Shown here: positions 1 through 20,293 of the stretch, piece by piece | Layout: each line of letters opens with the position of its first letter | Position numbering within the stretch: position 1 is the stretch's first letter | From: the human T2T-CHM13v2.0 reference genome, Homo sapiens | Length of the DNA: 64,000 nucleotides | Direction: 5' to 3' (one strand) | Assembly: GCF_009914755.1 (NCBI RefSeq) | Contig: NC_060943.1 | Program-made: the position numbers and the translations under genes | The notes under the pieces: generated by a model | The model's input: the letters and a program-made list of their open reading frames with translations, nothing else | Database searches by the model: none | What the model was told of the DNA's origin: nothing

Positions 1-124
1 TCAGGGTGGAGGCTGTGTGAGCCCGGCCGAGTCCTACAGGAAGCGTCTGCAGAGTGTAATGTGCTCAGCGCTTCTGCAGGGGACGGGCGGAATGATGTGT
101 GCAGACATTTTAAACCATGGTAGA

Positions 125-750
<626 letters not shown>

Positions 751-886
751 CCTAAAAGGCGTCTCAGCCTGGCTCCGGGGGAAGGGTCCGAGACAGCAGA
801 CCAGAACTGGGGCCACAGCAATGGTCGGGGGACACCTCCTTCCCCTCCCACCCCCACTGCTAAAGGACTGGCTAGAGGTTGTAAGG

Positions 887-1465
<579 letters not shown>

Positions 1466-1575
1466 AGAATCTCCTTAATTTCAAGTCATTGGGTTGGCCG
1501 TGATCATTCCTGTAGTGATGCTTCCAGAACACACCTTTTCCATCTGCAGGTTTATTTCTTCTCAGTTGTCGTCGA

Positions 1576-1577
<2 letters not shown>

Positions 1578-1622
<45 letters not shown>

Positions 1623-1895
1623 CATAGGGTCTCACTCTGTCACCCAGGCTGGAGTGCCCGTGGTGCAATCACGCTGCCTCGACCTCCCAGGCTCAAGCGA
1701 CCTCCCTGCCTCAGCCTCCTGAGCAGCTGGGACTACAGGTGCACACTACCACACCAGCTAATTTTTGCATTTTTTTGTATAGATGGGGTTTCGCCATTTT
1801 GCCCAGGCTGGTCTTGAGCTCCTGAGCTCAAGCGATCGTCCCACCTCGGCCTCCCAAAGTGCTGGGATTGCAAGCGTGAGCCGCTGCACTGGGCC
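1578..1895 (-). mobile_element. AluJ-type element whose tail is a (GT)~22 microsatellite (1578-1621)
   Basis: Pure GT run directly abutting an antisense Alu 3' end. Confidence 0.9.
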
Positions 1896-2289
1896 GGTGT
1901 CCTCTGTCGTATCCTACTTAGGCACTGCCTCTGACGCTTCTGTGCTCCAGCGGCAGAGCTGAGTGCTGGAGCCGGAGACTGGGCCACAGAGCCGAAAACA
2001 GCAACCCTCTGGCCCTTTACAGGAAAAGCTCGCTGCCTTGTGGTCTAGGATGAGACCTAAAAGGTCACAAGTCTCCTCTTCAGAGCACCAGACTCCGACG
2101 GGGGCAGGGCAATGTCAACTGGGCAACAGGGAAGTCACCCATCTGTTCCCGGGCACCACGCGCTCAGGCATGGAAGGGAGAGAAGGGCGTTGCCATTCAG
2201 CAGGAACTCAGGAAGTAGGGCGTTCACAACGCCTTCCTGGAAAATGCATCTCACCAGGCACTCCAGCCACCCAAAAACAGAGACATGGG

Positions 2290-2934
2290 CATGCAAGCAC
2301 ACATGCACACACGTGCACATACACACACATATAGACATACACACATATACACATGCACACACACACACTTACACACATGCACATACACACATATAGACAT
2401 ACACACATATACACATGCACACACATACACATACATACACACACATACACACATGCACATACACACACATATAGACATACACATACAGACATGCACACAC
2501 GTGCACATACACACATATAGACATACACACATATAGAGACACAGATAGACTTACACACATATACACACACACACATACACATACACACGCACACACACAT
2601 ATACACACATATAGACATACATACACACACGTGCACATACACACATATAGACACACATATACAACACAAACACACATACACACATACACAGACATACACA
2701 CATACATATACATACACACATACATATACACACACACACATGCACATACACACAGACTTACGCACATACACAGGGTCTCTGTGTGTGCACATACACGTGC
2801 ACATATACACACATACACATATACATACACACATATACACACATACACATGCACAAATACACACATATATAGACATACACACATATATACACATACACAC
2901 ATATATACACATATACACAAATACACAAATACAC

Positions 2935-2966
<32 letters not shown>

Positions 2967-3425
2967 ATACATAAAATATAGACACACATATACACATACA
3001 GACACATATACATACATACACACATACACACATACACATATACACATAAATACACATACACACATATACACGCACATATATACACACACATATACACACA
3101 AATATATACACATATGCAAATACACACAAATATACACACAAGTACACACACATACTCATGTGCACACACATATCCACACTATACACATATACATACATAT
3201 ACAAATATACAAATACACACAAATATACGCATACAGATCTGTGCACAAAAACACATACACATACACATATTTACACACATATACACACAAGCAGACACAT
3301 ATACACAAAAGCACAAACATATACACAGAAGCGCACACACATACACACAAGCATGCAAGCACACACACACATACACACAAATGCACACATGCATATACCC
3401 ACAGGTGCGCGCACACACACACAAC
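2290..3425. repeat. ~1.1 kb degenerate (CA/TA)n low-complexity repeat
   Basis: Continuous ACACATATAC-type alternating purine-pyrimidine sequence. Source of the HT- and VC-rich ORFs. Confidence 0.95.
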
Positions 3426-3493
3426 TCAGTGAAGGGAGAGGCCCCAGCATGAGGCACCTGCTGGGGATCAGTTCCACAAAGGGTGCAGCATAA

Positions 3494-3727
<234 letters not shown>

Positions 3728-3909
3728 TAGTAGAGACGAGGGTTCACCGGGTTAGCCAGGATGGTCTCGATCTCCTGACCTCGGGATCCACCCGCCTCGG
3801 CCTCCCAAAGTGCTGGGATTACAGGCGTGAGTCACCGCACCTGGCCAATCATCTCCATTCTTAAACAAAAAGTGTGAGACATGACAATTATGTCGCTATC
3901 ATACTAAAT

Positions 3910-4155
3910 AGGGTCTCTCTTAGCACTGTGGACACTGTAGCCAGACCGTTCTCTGGGGTGGAGCCATCCTGGGCACTGCAGGGTGCTGAGCAGCGTCCCT
4001 GGCTTCCACTCACTCCATGCCAAGAGCATCCCCATCGGGACAACCACAGATGTCCCCAGACATCACCCGTCCCCCAGTCATGACAACCACAAACGTCACC
4101 AGACATCTCCCGGTGTCCCCTGGGAGCAGGATCAGCCCCAGCTGAGAACCACCAC
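3910..4155 (-). mobile_element. MER20 (hAT-Charlie MITE)
   Basis: GCCATCCTGGGCACTGCAGGGTGCTGAGCAGC...ACAACCACAAACGTCACCAGACA...GCTGAGAACCAC. Confidence 0.85.
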
Positions 4156-4237
4156 ACTAGAACAACTGCGACAAAAATAGCCACAAAATCCTAGAATCCA
4201 GCAGCACAGGACTGAGCAAGGTCAGTGACATGGGGCC

Positions 4238-4665
4238 AATGTTTGTGCCTCCGGATCTCACACTGAAATGCGACCCCCTATGTTGGAGGTGAGGCTGGGT
4301 GGGCGGCATTTGGGTTGTGGCGGGAGGGGGGTCCCTCATGGCTTGGTGCTCTCCCCTCGGGAATGAGCGAGTTCCCACTCTGTTAGTTCACGGACGACCT
4401 GGTTGTTAAAAAAAGCCTGGCACCTCCTCCCTCCTTTCTCTCGCTCCCTCTCTGGCCGTATGAGATGCCAGTTCCCCCTTCACCTTCTGCCATGAGTGGA
4501 AACTTCCTGAGGCCTCACCAGAAGCCCAGGAGATGCTGGCACCATGCTTGTATGGTCTGTAGAACTGTATGGTCTGTAGAACTGTGAACCAGATAAACTT
4601 CTATGCTTTATAAACCCCTCAGCCTCAGCTCTATTCCTTTATAGCAACACAAAACAGACTATGAC
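4238..4665 (+). mobile_element. MST-family MaLR solo LTR
   Basis: GAATGAGCGAGTTCCCACTCTGTTAGTTCAC, CTTCTGCCATGAGTGGAAACTTCCTGAGGCCTCACCAGAAGC, and the ATAGCAACACAAAACAGACTATGACA end. Internal 17-bp tandem duplication at ~4550-4583. Confidence 0.85.
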
Positions 4666-5084
4666 AGTCAGGCACGGGGAGACACGCAGAGCTTGACTGG
4701 GCCTCAGGTCAGGAAGGAAACTTCCCTTTCCAGCCACATGTGGATGGGGCCCGTGTTCACTGGGGAAGTGGCATCTGCAAACCTCAGCTCTTCCATCTGT
4801 AAAATGGGCATCTCCACACCCACTTAGCCGAGAACTCATGAGAGCAAAGGAGAAGCTAAATCCCTAAGGACGCAGCCCCATAATGGGCCCCAGGAGGAGC
4901 TTGAGAGAGACAGACAGCCCAGGAGCCAAGTCTCAGCCATGAACAGAAGGTACTGGAAGGTTTTCCAGGAGCAGACAGCGCTCCTCGGACAGTGGAGAGA
5001 TGGTAAAGGACGTGAACCCACAATTCACACAAGGAAACAAAACCCCAAGCCTAAAAACAGATGTTCAGCTTGGCTTTTTAATTT

Positions 5085-8359
<3,275 letters not shown>

Positions 8360-8559
8360 TCACACCTGGGCTGGTGCAGTCCAGGTGAAACCCGCCCTGC
8401 CAGCCACCCCCACCATCTCCCGGGGTGTCCCTGCTGGGCCTGCATTCTGACATCACGCCTTCAAACTCAACGGTGAGGCCGCGGGAACACGCATCTCATA
8501 TGACGCTGGAGCCGGAAGATGGGGCTTGGGGCTTTCAGCCCTTCCTCTCCCTCTCTCTT

Positions 8560-9150
8560 TTCTCACTACAATGTTGTGCCGCCATCACCACCATCCTCTC
8601 CAGAACTTTCTCCTCTTCCCAAACTGAAACTCTGTCCCCATGAAACACTCACTCCCTGTCCCCCTCCCCAGCCCCTGGCACTCACTCATCCTACTTCCTG
8701 TCTCTGTGAATCTGACGACTCTAGGGACTTCCCAGGAGTGGGATCACACAGGATACGTCCTTTTGTGTCTGGATCCTCTCACTGAGCGTGAGGTCCTCAA
8801 GGTTCATCCACGCTGTAGCCCGTGTCTGGATTCCCTTCCTTTTCATGGCTGCGTAATATTCCACTGTCTGGTTGGACCATGCTGTGTTTATCCACTGATG
8901 GGCGCCTGGGGTGGCTTCCACCCTGGGGCTGTTGGGAATCATGCCGCTGTGCACTTGTGTGTGCAAACACCTCTTTCAGTCCCTGCTGTCAGTTCTGTGG
9001 GGTCTATCCCCAGGAGTGGGATTGCTGGGCCCTATGGTAATTCCGTGTTTACCATGTGAGAAGCTGCCAGGCTGGGCCTTGTTCCATCCCCACCAGCCAC
9101 GCACGAGGGTCTGTTTCTCCATCTCCTCTCCCGCTCTTGTCCGAAACCGC
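8560..9150 (-). mobile_element. L1MB-type LINE 3' fragment
   Basis: CCAGAACTTTCTCCTCTTCCCAAACTGAAACTCTGTCCCC...CCCAGGAGTGGGATTGCTGGG matches the antisense L1MB 3' UTR. Confidence 0.8.
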
Positions 9151-9377
9151 ACTTGTTATCAGAGCCTCAGCGTCCTGCCTGTTAAATGGGCTCGTGGTTT
9201 CTCCAAGGCTGCTGGCAGGCCCTGTGAAAGGCTATCAGCTCCAGCTGCTGTTAGGCTTAGGGGCACAATGGTTAACTCTGAGCTGTCAGGGAACCAGGGA
9301 AGAAAGGCTGGTTGGAATCTCTCTTTCTTTTTTCTTTTTCTTTCCTTTTTTTCTTTCTTTCTTTTTTTTTTTTTTAG

Positions 9378-9488
<111 letters not shown>

Positions 9489-9734
9489 TAGGACCACAGG
9501 TTTGCACCAGCCTATCCAGCTAATTTTTAAAATTTTTTTGTAGAGACAGGGACTTGCTGTTGCCAGGAACTACTGGGTTCAAGCAATCCTCCTGCCTCGG
9601 CCTCTCAAAGTGCTGTGATTACGGGTGTGAGCCACAGTGCCCTGCTCGAGTCTTTTTGGGCATCCTTTGGGATTGATCTGGAAAGCTCCAGGGAAGTGTA
9701 CAAAGCAGAACGGGCGCCTCCTCAGGGCGTGTGG

Positions 9735-10420
9735 ACACGCAGGCACACGCAGGCACATGCAGACACGCAGGCACACACAGACATGCAGACACACGCAGGC
9801 ACACGCAGACAGGCAGGCACACGCAGACACACGCAGGCACACGCAGACACGCAGGCACACGCAGACACGCAGGCACACGCAGGCACACACAGACATGCAG
9901 GCACACACAGGCACACGCAGACACGCAGGCACACGCAGGCACATGCAGACACGCAGGCACACGCAGACACACGCAGACAGGCAGGCACACGCAGACACGC
10001 AGGCACACGCACACGCAGGCACACGCAGACACGCAGGCACACGCAGGCACATGCAGACACGCAGGCACACACAGACATGCAGACACACGCAGGCACACGC
10101 AGACAGGCAGGCACACGCAGACACGCAGGCACACGCAGACACAGGCACACGCAGGCACACGCAGACACGCAGGCACACGCAGGCATACACAGACACACAG
10201 GCACATACAGACACACAAAGGCAGACACATGCAGACACAGGCACATGCAGGCAGACACACACATGCTCACACTCAGGTACACGCAGACATGCAGACACAC
10301 ACACAGACACACACAGACACATGCTCACACTCAGGTACACGCAGACATGCAGACACACACACAGACACACACAGAACCAGACACACAGATGCATGCAGAC
10401 ACACACAGACACATGCGGCA
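9735..10420. repeat. Minisatellite of degenerate GCAGGCACAC/GCAGACAC 8-10-mers
   Basis: Direct reading. Later part contains two copies of ACATGCTCACACTCAGGTACACGCAGACATGCAGACAC. Confidence 0.95.
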
Positions 10421-11121
10421 CGGGCACGTGCTCCCAGAGCAGGAGTTGTGAGGCTGGCAGGCTCCAAGACTGAGTTTCCCAACCCACCGCAGTGGGGCGG
10501 CCTCGGATGACGTGCAGGCGTGCAGCCCGGACGGCCCCAGGGGACTGCAGCAAAAACAAACATGCCGGGTTGATTCCAGCAGAACCCTTCGACCCAGGCC
10601 TGCACACGGTGTGCTGGGAATCCGCCCTGGGTGGGGCTGACCCACTCCCTCCTAGAGTTCACCGTGGTCCCTGGATGCTTGCTGACCCCAGGGAGGACAG
10701 GGCGGGCCGCGGCAGGCGGGGGACGGGCACTGCAGCAGCTGGTGGCCACCCTCACACGTCTGGGAAACCAGGAACCCTTGGGAACTAAACTTGGTCTTTT
10801 TTATTTTATTATGTATTTATTTATTTATTTATTTAAGAAACAGGGGTCTTGCTTCACTGCCCAGGCTGAGTGCAGGGGTGCAATCACAGCTCAATGCAGC
10901 CTCCACCTCCTGGGCTCAAGCGATCCTCCCACCTCAGCCTCCTGAGTAGCTGGGACTACAGGTGCGTACCAGCCCATCTGGGTAATTTTTAAAACTTTTT
11001 TTTACAGATGGGGTCTCCCTGGGTTGCCCAGGCTGGTCTCAAACTCCTGAACGCAAGCGATCCTGCTGCCTCAGCCTCCTGAGTAGCTAAGATTACAGGA
11101 GTGCAGCATCACCCTGGCTAA

Positions 11122-11820
<699 letters not shown>

Positions 11821-11858
11821 CTTCTGGGTGGGCGTGGTGGCTCACGCCTGTAATCCTA

Positions 11859-12002
<144 letters not shown>

Positions 12003-12899
12003 TTACATATTATATATGCATGTAAGCATTTGCTACATATTTATATTGAGAAATAAATCTAAAAAGAAAATGTAGAACATCCCTATATAAAATGTTATGG
12101 TGTTATTTTCCTTTTTTTTTTTTTTTGAGATGAAGTCTTGCTGTCACCCAGGCTGGAATGCAATGGCGCAATCACAGCTCACTGCAGCCTCAACCTCCCA
12201 GGCTCCAGATCCTCCCACCTCAGCCCCTCGAGTAGCTGGGACCACAGGTGTGCACCACCACGCCCGGCTAATTCTTTTATTTTTTTGTAGAGACGGAGGT
12301 CTCGTTGTTGCCCAGGCTGGTCTTGAACTCTTGGGCTCAAGTGATCCTCCCACCTTGGCCTCCCAAAGTGCTGAGATTACAGGCGTGAGCCACCGCGCCC
12401 GGCTACGTGCTTGTCTTATTCAGCATTATGACATCATAGAGGGTGCTGATTCTTAGGGGCTTTGAGGGTCTCTGAGGGCTTTGAGGCTCAGAGATCTGCT
12501 GAGACACAGGTAGCGTAGGCAGAGCTGGGACAAATCCCCCGTTAGAGCCGGGGGCCCTCGGAGAACCCAATACGGGACCCAGAGGACCGAGGGCAGCCTA
12601 GTGCCAACTCCTGACTCGCCCTGTTCTCTACTATGTTAGGAAGCTATTTGCAGTTTTGTATTTGATAGAATCTCTTCCTGAATGCTTGCTCCGATCCTTT
12701 GTGGAATGAGGCAGAATATAAATAAATCAACAGAAAACGGTGCTCCAGCCACAAGCAAGAGACTGCCCGTCCTGCAGGGCCTAAGGAATTCACGAGCAAC
12801 GCCCGCCCAGGGGCTGGGCTCAATGGCTGGCAGCCACAGGTTTCATCGCTAACCAGGCCGGAGAAGCTGGGCAGAAAAGCACCTGTTTGCAGCTTTTCA

Positions 12900-13030
12900 G
12901 CAGGACCTCTCCCCCTCAGCCCTGTGGACATTGGGGCTGGATCCTTCTCTCTGGGGTGGGGCCGTCCTGGGCACTGCAGGGTGCTGAGCAGCGTCTCTGG
13001 TCTCCACCCACTCCCTGCCAGGAAGCCCCC
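12900..13030 (-). mobile_element. MER20 fragment
   Basis: GGGGCCGTCCTGGGCACTGCAGGGTGCTGAGCAGC core. Confidence 0.8.
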
Positions 13031-13129
13031 CAACACCCCGAGACCAAGAATCATCAGCTTCCAAATGTTAACATGCACAAGTAGGGAAACCGATGCTAAA
13101 GGATTTTAAGGTCACAGAGCTGGGAAGGG

Positions 13130-14030
13130 GTGGATCGGGGCCTCAAACCCCTGGCTCCCGGCCCCCCAGGGGCCGAGCTGTGGGGATGTGGATCCCAGAC
13201 TGACCCCGGCATGGAAAACCACCAGCGTGGCCCGGCGCCAGACCTGCTTGTCTGTCGCTTGTCTGCGAGAGGCCAGGAAATGGCTGGGAGAGGGAGAGAC
13301 GGTTAAACGAAAAAACATCCCAAGAATGCACATGGCTCGTCTCCGGCCCTGGCAGCCCGCCCCGCCGGTGCCTGCAGCAGAGGGTCCCGTGATTTGGGGC
13401 TCCGCCTCAGCATCTGCGGGATGGGTGCCCCCGGCCGGGCAGGTCCAGACGCCAAGGTCTGCACAGGGGTCACCCGGACACACCTGACTCGGACCATGTG
13501 GCTAAGTTTGTTTTGAAATTTCACTGCCCCAGCGTAACCCAGAGTCCAGGCCACGCCCAGCACGGCTGGCTCCCGTCCGGGTCTCTGTGTCCTGCAGCTC
13601 AGGGTGGCCAGGGCGGGCGGGCAGGAGGGCAGGCACCTGGCACCCACCCAGACCTGCGCCCTGGCCATCAGGCTGCCCCGGGAAGCCGGGCGACCGGGAA
13701 GATAGCAGAGTCAACAGGGCGGGTGCAGGAAAGGGCGCTCCCCATGCGAGCCTCTGAAGCCCTCGGCACACAGCCCTGGAGGCTGGGAATCCTTGAGCGT
13801 TTTCCTCTGAGGTCTCCAAGTGTTTATGGTAACAAGAGGAGGGAGGAGGGCGAGGGGACGGCCGCCGCTGGGCAGCAGCTCCGCCTGCTGGTCACCTTCC
13901 TCGGGGACATGCAAGGACAAGCTGCCGACGGAAGGGGCTTTGGCAGAAATGCGGGGAGCAGGGGACGCACCCCCACGGACAGGGGCTTTTCTGGTTGCCA
14001 AACGTGCAGACGACGGGCCTGACATCCCCA
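13130..14030. promoter_or_regulatory. CpG-rich unique region (CpG-island-like, candidate regulatory element)
   Basis: High GC with many retained CpGs in non-repetitive sequence. GC boxes and an ETS-like CAGGAAAT near 13274. Confidence 0.45.
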
Positions 14031-14049
14031 TTTCCCAGGAACTCTGTGG

Positions 14050-14260
14050 ATGGGTGTCCTGGGGCTGCCGTAAGAAAGTGCCACAAATGGGGGACTGGGA
14101 GGGGGTCTTAAAACCACAGACATGGATCCTCTCCCAGTTCTGGAGGCCAGAAGTCCAAAATCATGGGGTCTGCAAGCCTGTGCTCCCTCCAGAGGTTCCA
14201 GGGGAGAACGCTTTCTGCCTCCTCCAGTTCTGGGGGCGCAGGTGTCTCTCAGCTTGTGTC
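14050..14260 (-). mobile_element. MLT1C/D-like LTR fragment
   Basis: GGGGCTGCCGTAAGAAAGTGCCACAAA...CAGTTCTGGAGGCCAGAAGTCCAAAATC. Confidence 0.7.
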
Positions 14261-14348
14261 CTCCTCGGACACCTGGCCAGAATCCACTAGGACTTTAAAA
14301 AAAACCATTGCACCCCCCCAGTGCCATCCCAGAGGACCCACTCAATAA

Positions 14349-15344
<996 letters not shown>

Positions 15345-15562
15345 TGAGGCAGAGACTGGTGTCTTCTTCCCTCGTCTTCCCCTCATATCAGGCCTCAAGA
15401 AAGACTTCCATGAACGCTGTGGGAAAATGCACTATGATGTCCCTCACTAGAAGTGCCTTCGCCGCAGGCCCAGCCTGAAAGTGATTAATCTCTGCTTCCT
15501 CCTCTCCCCTCCCCCAACAGAGTTTGTCTAAAAGTGCCCAGAGGCCTGGGTGACAGACTGAT

Positions 15563-15620
15563 GGGGGGGGCCGCGGGGGTGGAGGGGTGATGGGGGTGGG
15601 GGGGTGGGGGGCGGAGGGTG
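15563..15620 (+). other. Potential G-quadruplex tract
   Basis: At least six G3-G8 runs with short loops. Confidence 0.6.
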
Positions 15621-16753
15621 TCTCTCGGGTGGCCTGGAGCACCAGCAGTCAATTCCTTCACTTGCAAATTGCCCAGGAGGGGTCAGCAGAGATACTGAGT
15701 TCCCAAACCACAGGGGGGTGAGAACAGGTCTGAGGCTGTGGGGTGGGATGTGGGGGCCCCCTCCCTGGTCCCTGGTGTTGTTTACCAAACACAGCAGCAA
15801 AGCTGTGTCTGCAGCCAGGACGCCTGCAGCCAAGCTCCTGGCTGCACTCCCAATGCCCACTTCTGCACGTGTTTTCACCCCACCCTGCAGGGATGGGACA
15901 CCTCCCCTTCTTGAGGGTGAGGACACTGTGACATGTTCCTCAACAAGATGCCTGGCCAGGCCCCATTCACTCTGCATCACCCAACAGGTGTTGAAACAAC
16001 GCATGAACCGTGTTATGGTCTAAGGTGTAGGCTCTACTCAAGATAGGCACAACTTTGTGGAATAAAATATCAAGGTTTCACAAGGTGACAAGTGGCCAGT
16101 TGCTCAATTTGTGTTAGAGAAACAGAGAATGTCTGGGAGGGGACAGGGAGGTGAGAACATTTTGTGGAGGGTTTGGCATGCAGCCTGTGCCCTATAACCC
16201 TCACTTTAAGCCAGGGTGCCAGCATCATCCTATGTCACCTACCACCCATCTCTTGAAGTCATCACCAAAGTGAAAAAGCAAAATGGAAATACTTTGCCAA
16301 AGGGACGAGAGACAAAAAGTTGAGGTCCTTAATATATAAAGATCTCCAAAAAATCAATAAAAGTGAACAAACCAGCTTAATAAATGTGGGATCCTGGATC
16401 AGATCATGGAACACAAAAGCACGTGGAAATGGAAAAAAGGATGAAATTTGAATCAGCCCTATACTTAATATTGCAGCAAGGTTGATTTTTTTAGTGGTGA
16501 TAAATGTTCTGTAGTTATGGAAGATATCAGCCAATGGGAAGCTGGATGAAAGGTGTAAGGGAACACTCTGTACTATTTTTGCACCTCTTCTATAATTCAC
16601 ATATTATCTCAAAATGTAAAAAATAAAATTGTTAAAAGTGAACATAATCCACAAAAAGCATTATAAATGTTCATTATGAAAACTTTCAAGCTCTCCAGTA
16701 ATAAAAAAGATTATAGATCATACAATGAGCTGTTACTTTTAGCCTTTAAATGA

Positions 16754-17242
<489 letters not shown>

Positions 17243-17519
17243 TAAATATTTTTGTAGAGATGGGGTCTTGCTATGTTGCCCAGGTTGGTCTCAAACTCTT
17301 GGGCTTAAGCAATCCTCCTACCTCAGCCTCCCAAAGTAATGAGATTACAGGCATGAGCCACTACACCTGGTCTAACTGGCAAGTATTTTTTTTTTAAATA
17401 GATAATATCCAGGGATGGTCAAGTTGTGATAAATCATGGACTAGCAGACAGTGGGTGGAGGACATTGGAATAACTGTTCTTGAAAGCAAATCTCCCTCTG
17501 GAAAACTGTCCTAAGGATA

Positions 17520-17889
17520 TTTTTCTTTAAACCTTTGTGTGTTTTCTGAAAAAATTTTTTAGCAACAAGCCAGTGTTACTTTTGTAAACATAAAGTTGTA
17601 CGATTTTGATGATTAAAAATGGACCTCTCACCCCCTTTGTAGACTGTGGAACCCGGGCTGGCTCAGCACAGTCTTGCAGCCGTCTTCATGGGGTGAGGTT
17701 GGGGAGGACCAAGAGCTCTCACCTTCGACTGCCCCACCCTCCAGCTTTGCCCGCCCCAGCCCAAGCTGTGTGGCAAGACCCCTTGTTGGTGCAGGTGCTG
17801 GGGGCTGGTGGCTGCTGGCATTCCCACCTTCTAGAGTGACTTTCACACTTCCTGATGAGTTTCCCATTCCGCTCAGCAGGCCCATAAAT
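17520..17889 (+). repeat. Local duplication copy A (paralog 20294-20664)
   Basis: Direct alignment by eye, offset ~2775. Shared ORF text ARPLVGAGAGGWWLLAFPPSRVTFTLPDEFPIPLSRPIN. Confidence 0.95.
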
Positions 17890-18864
17890 AGGATTGTGCA
17901 GAGGTGCATATGCAAGCACTTTACCTGAAGAATTATTATGGATAAAAGTAAAGAAATAATAAACAACTTAGATGCCTCCCTTGAGCCCAAGAGTCCCAGG
18001 CTACAGTGAGCCCTGATGGTGGCACTGCACTCCTATTTAATTTAGGAGATTAGTTCAGTAATCTGTGGTACAACCAAAAGATAAAACACTTAACATTCAC
18101 TAAAAAGGATGTCGCAAATCCATATTTGATAATGTGGAAAGATTCCCATAATATATTGCTAAATTAAAAAAAACAGATTAAAGAACAGTATCAATAGTGT
18201 GATTCTATGATTATTCAGAAAAGTCCATACATGTGTGGGTGTGGTGCATATTTTTTAACAGTACATGTTTGGAAGAACTAAAAGTCACCAGGATGGGTTG
18301 GAGAAGAGGTTGGCTCCAGGACTGAGGCAGAAAAAAATATTATATTTCTGGAGCATCTTTTTGGGCCAGAAAGTAAGGAAACTCAAAGAATTATGGCAAC
18401 GTATCAGAAGGACACAGAGCCAGCTTGGCTGGGTGCCAGTGGTTCATGCCTATAATCCTACCACTTCGGGAGGCTGAGGTGGGAGGATGGTTTAAGGTCA
18501 GGAGCTCAAGACCAGCCAGGGCAACATAGGGAGACCCTATCTCCGCAAAGAATTAAAAAAAAAAAAAAAAAGCGATGGCACGTGACTGTAGTTCCAGCTA
18601 CTTGGGAGACTGAGGTGGGAGGATTGCTAGAGCCCAGAAGTTTGAGGCTGCAGTGAGCTGTGATTGCATCACTGTACTCCAGCCTAGGTGACAGGCAAGA
18701 CCTTGTCTCAAAAAATAAAAAAATTAGCCAGGCATGGTGATGTGTCCCAGCTACTTGGGAGGCTGAGGAGGGAGGATCACTTGAGCCCAAGAGGTCAAGG
18801 CTGCAGTGAGGCATGATTGCAACACTGCACTCCAGCCTGGGCGACAGGGCAGACCCTGCCTTAA

Positions 18865-19408
18865 AAAGAGAGAGAGAGGGAAGGAAGGAGGAAGGAAGGA
18901 AGGAAGGAGGGAGGGAGGGAGGGAAGGAAGGAAAGAAGGAAGGAAGGAGGGAGGGAGGGATAGAGGGAGGGAGGGAAGTAAGGAAGGAAGGAAAGAAGGA
19001 AGGAAGGAGGGAGGGACGGATGGAGGGAGGGAGGGATGGAGGGAGGGAGGGAAAGAAGGAAGGAAAGAAGGAAGGAGGGAGGGAGGGACGGAGGGAGGGA
19101 GGGAAGGAAGGAAAGAAGGAAGGAAGGAGGGAGGGAGGGAGGGAGGGATAGAGGGAGGGAGGGAGGGAAGGAAGGAAGGAAAGAAGGAAGGAAGGAAGGA
19201 GGGAGGGAGGGAGGGAAGGAAGGAAAGAAGGAAGGAGGGAGGGAGGGATGGAGGGAGGGAGGGAAGGAAGGAAGGAAAGAAGGAAGGAGGGAGGGAGGGA
19301 CGGAGGGAGGGAGGGAAGGAAGGAAGGAAGGAGGGAGGGAGGGATGGAGGGAGGGAAGAAAAGAAGGAAGGAAGGAAGGAAAGAAGGTAGGAATGAAGGA
19401 AGGAAGGG
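18865..19408. repeat. Polypurine (GGAA/GGGA)n tract grown from an Alu tail
   Basis: About 540 bp, nearly pure purine, with a higher-order 50-60 bp repeat. Confidence 0.95.
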
Positions 19409-19965
19409 CCTTGTTCTTAGAAAATATCCACCAAGATCTTTAGGGTTAATGGGGCATGATGTCTCCAACTTAATTTCAAATGACTGGAAATAAATTAATA
19501 TGCATACATGCACAATTACATACATATAATTCTGTGTATACATAACTGCATAATAATATATCTAGCATATATGCCATATAAGTAACTATCTTTCTGCGTA
19601 TATATAGATATATACATACATATCCACCTGCAATTTATACATAAATACATAGACACACATAAATGTGTATACACACACACGGTGAACGATGGAGTGAGAG
19701 AATAATAAAAGAAAAAATAGGGCAAGGCAAGTGTAAACAGTTGGCATATTTGAGTATAAAGAGTATACGAAGTGCCTGCGGCTATTCTTGCAACTTCTCC
19801 GTAAGTTCAAAAGTATATTGAAAACAGCCAGTTAGAAACAGGCAGCCTGGAAGAGATTTTAACAGTCTTCATCTCCAGATTGGGATTACCAGGGGAACTT
19901 TTCCTTTTAAAAACAAAATGGAGACATCATTCATATACCATAAAATTCACCCTCATAAAGTGTAA

Positions 19966-20247
<282 letters not shown>

Positions 20248-20293
20248 TGAACCGCCGTGCCCCGGCCAAAATGTATTGATTTTTCAGTATCCC

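Noticed and set aside
2208-3493. Long ORFs up to 313 aa (VC-rich or HT-rich)
   Set aside because: Translation of a dinucleotide repeat that lacks stops in most frames.
9579-10607. 342-aa Cys-rich ORF and overlapping 278-aa ORFs
   Set aside because: Minisatellite open in all six frames, not a metallothionein- or keratin-associated-type gene.
13498-14290. GC-rich ORFs of 156-174 aa
   Set aside because: Multiple overlapping frames are open on both strands, as expected at high GC. Non-ATG starts and no recognisable homology.
18506-19543. 345-aa Pro/Ser-rich ORF
   Set aside because: Made of the CCTT/CCCT tract plus antisense Alu.
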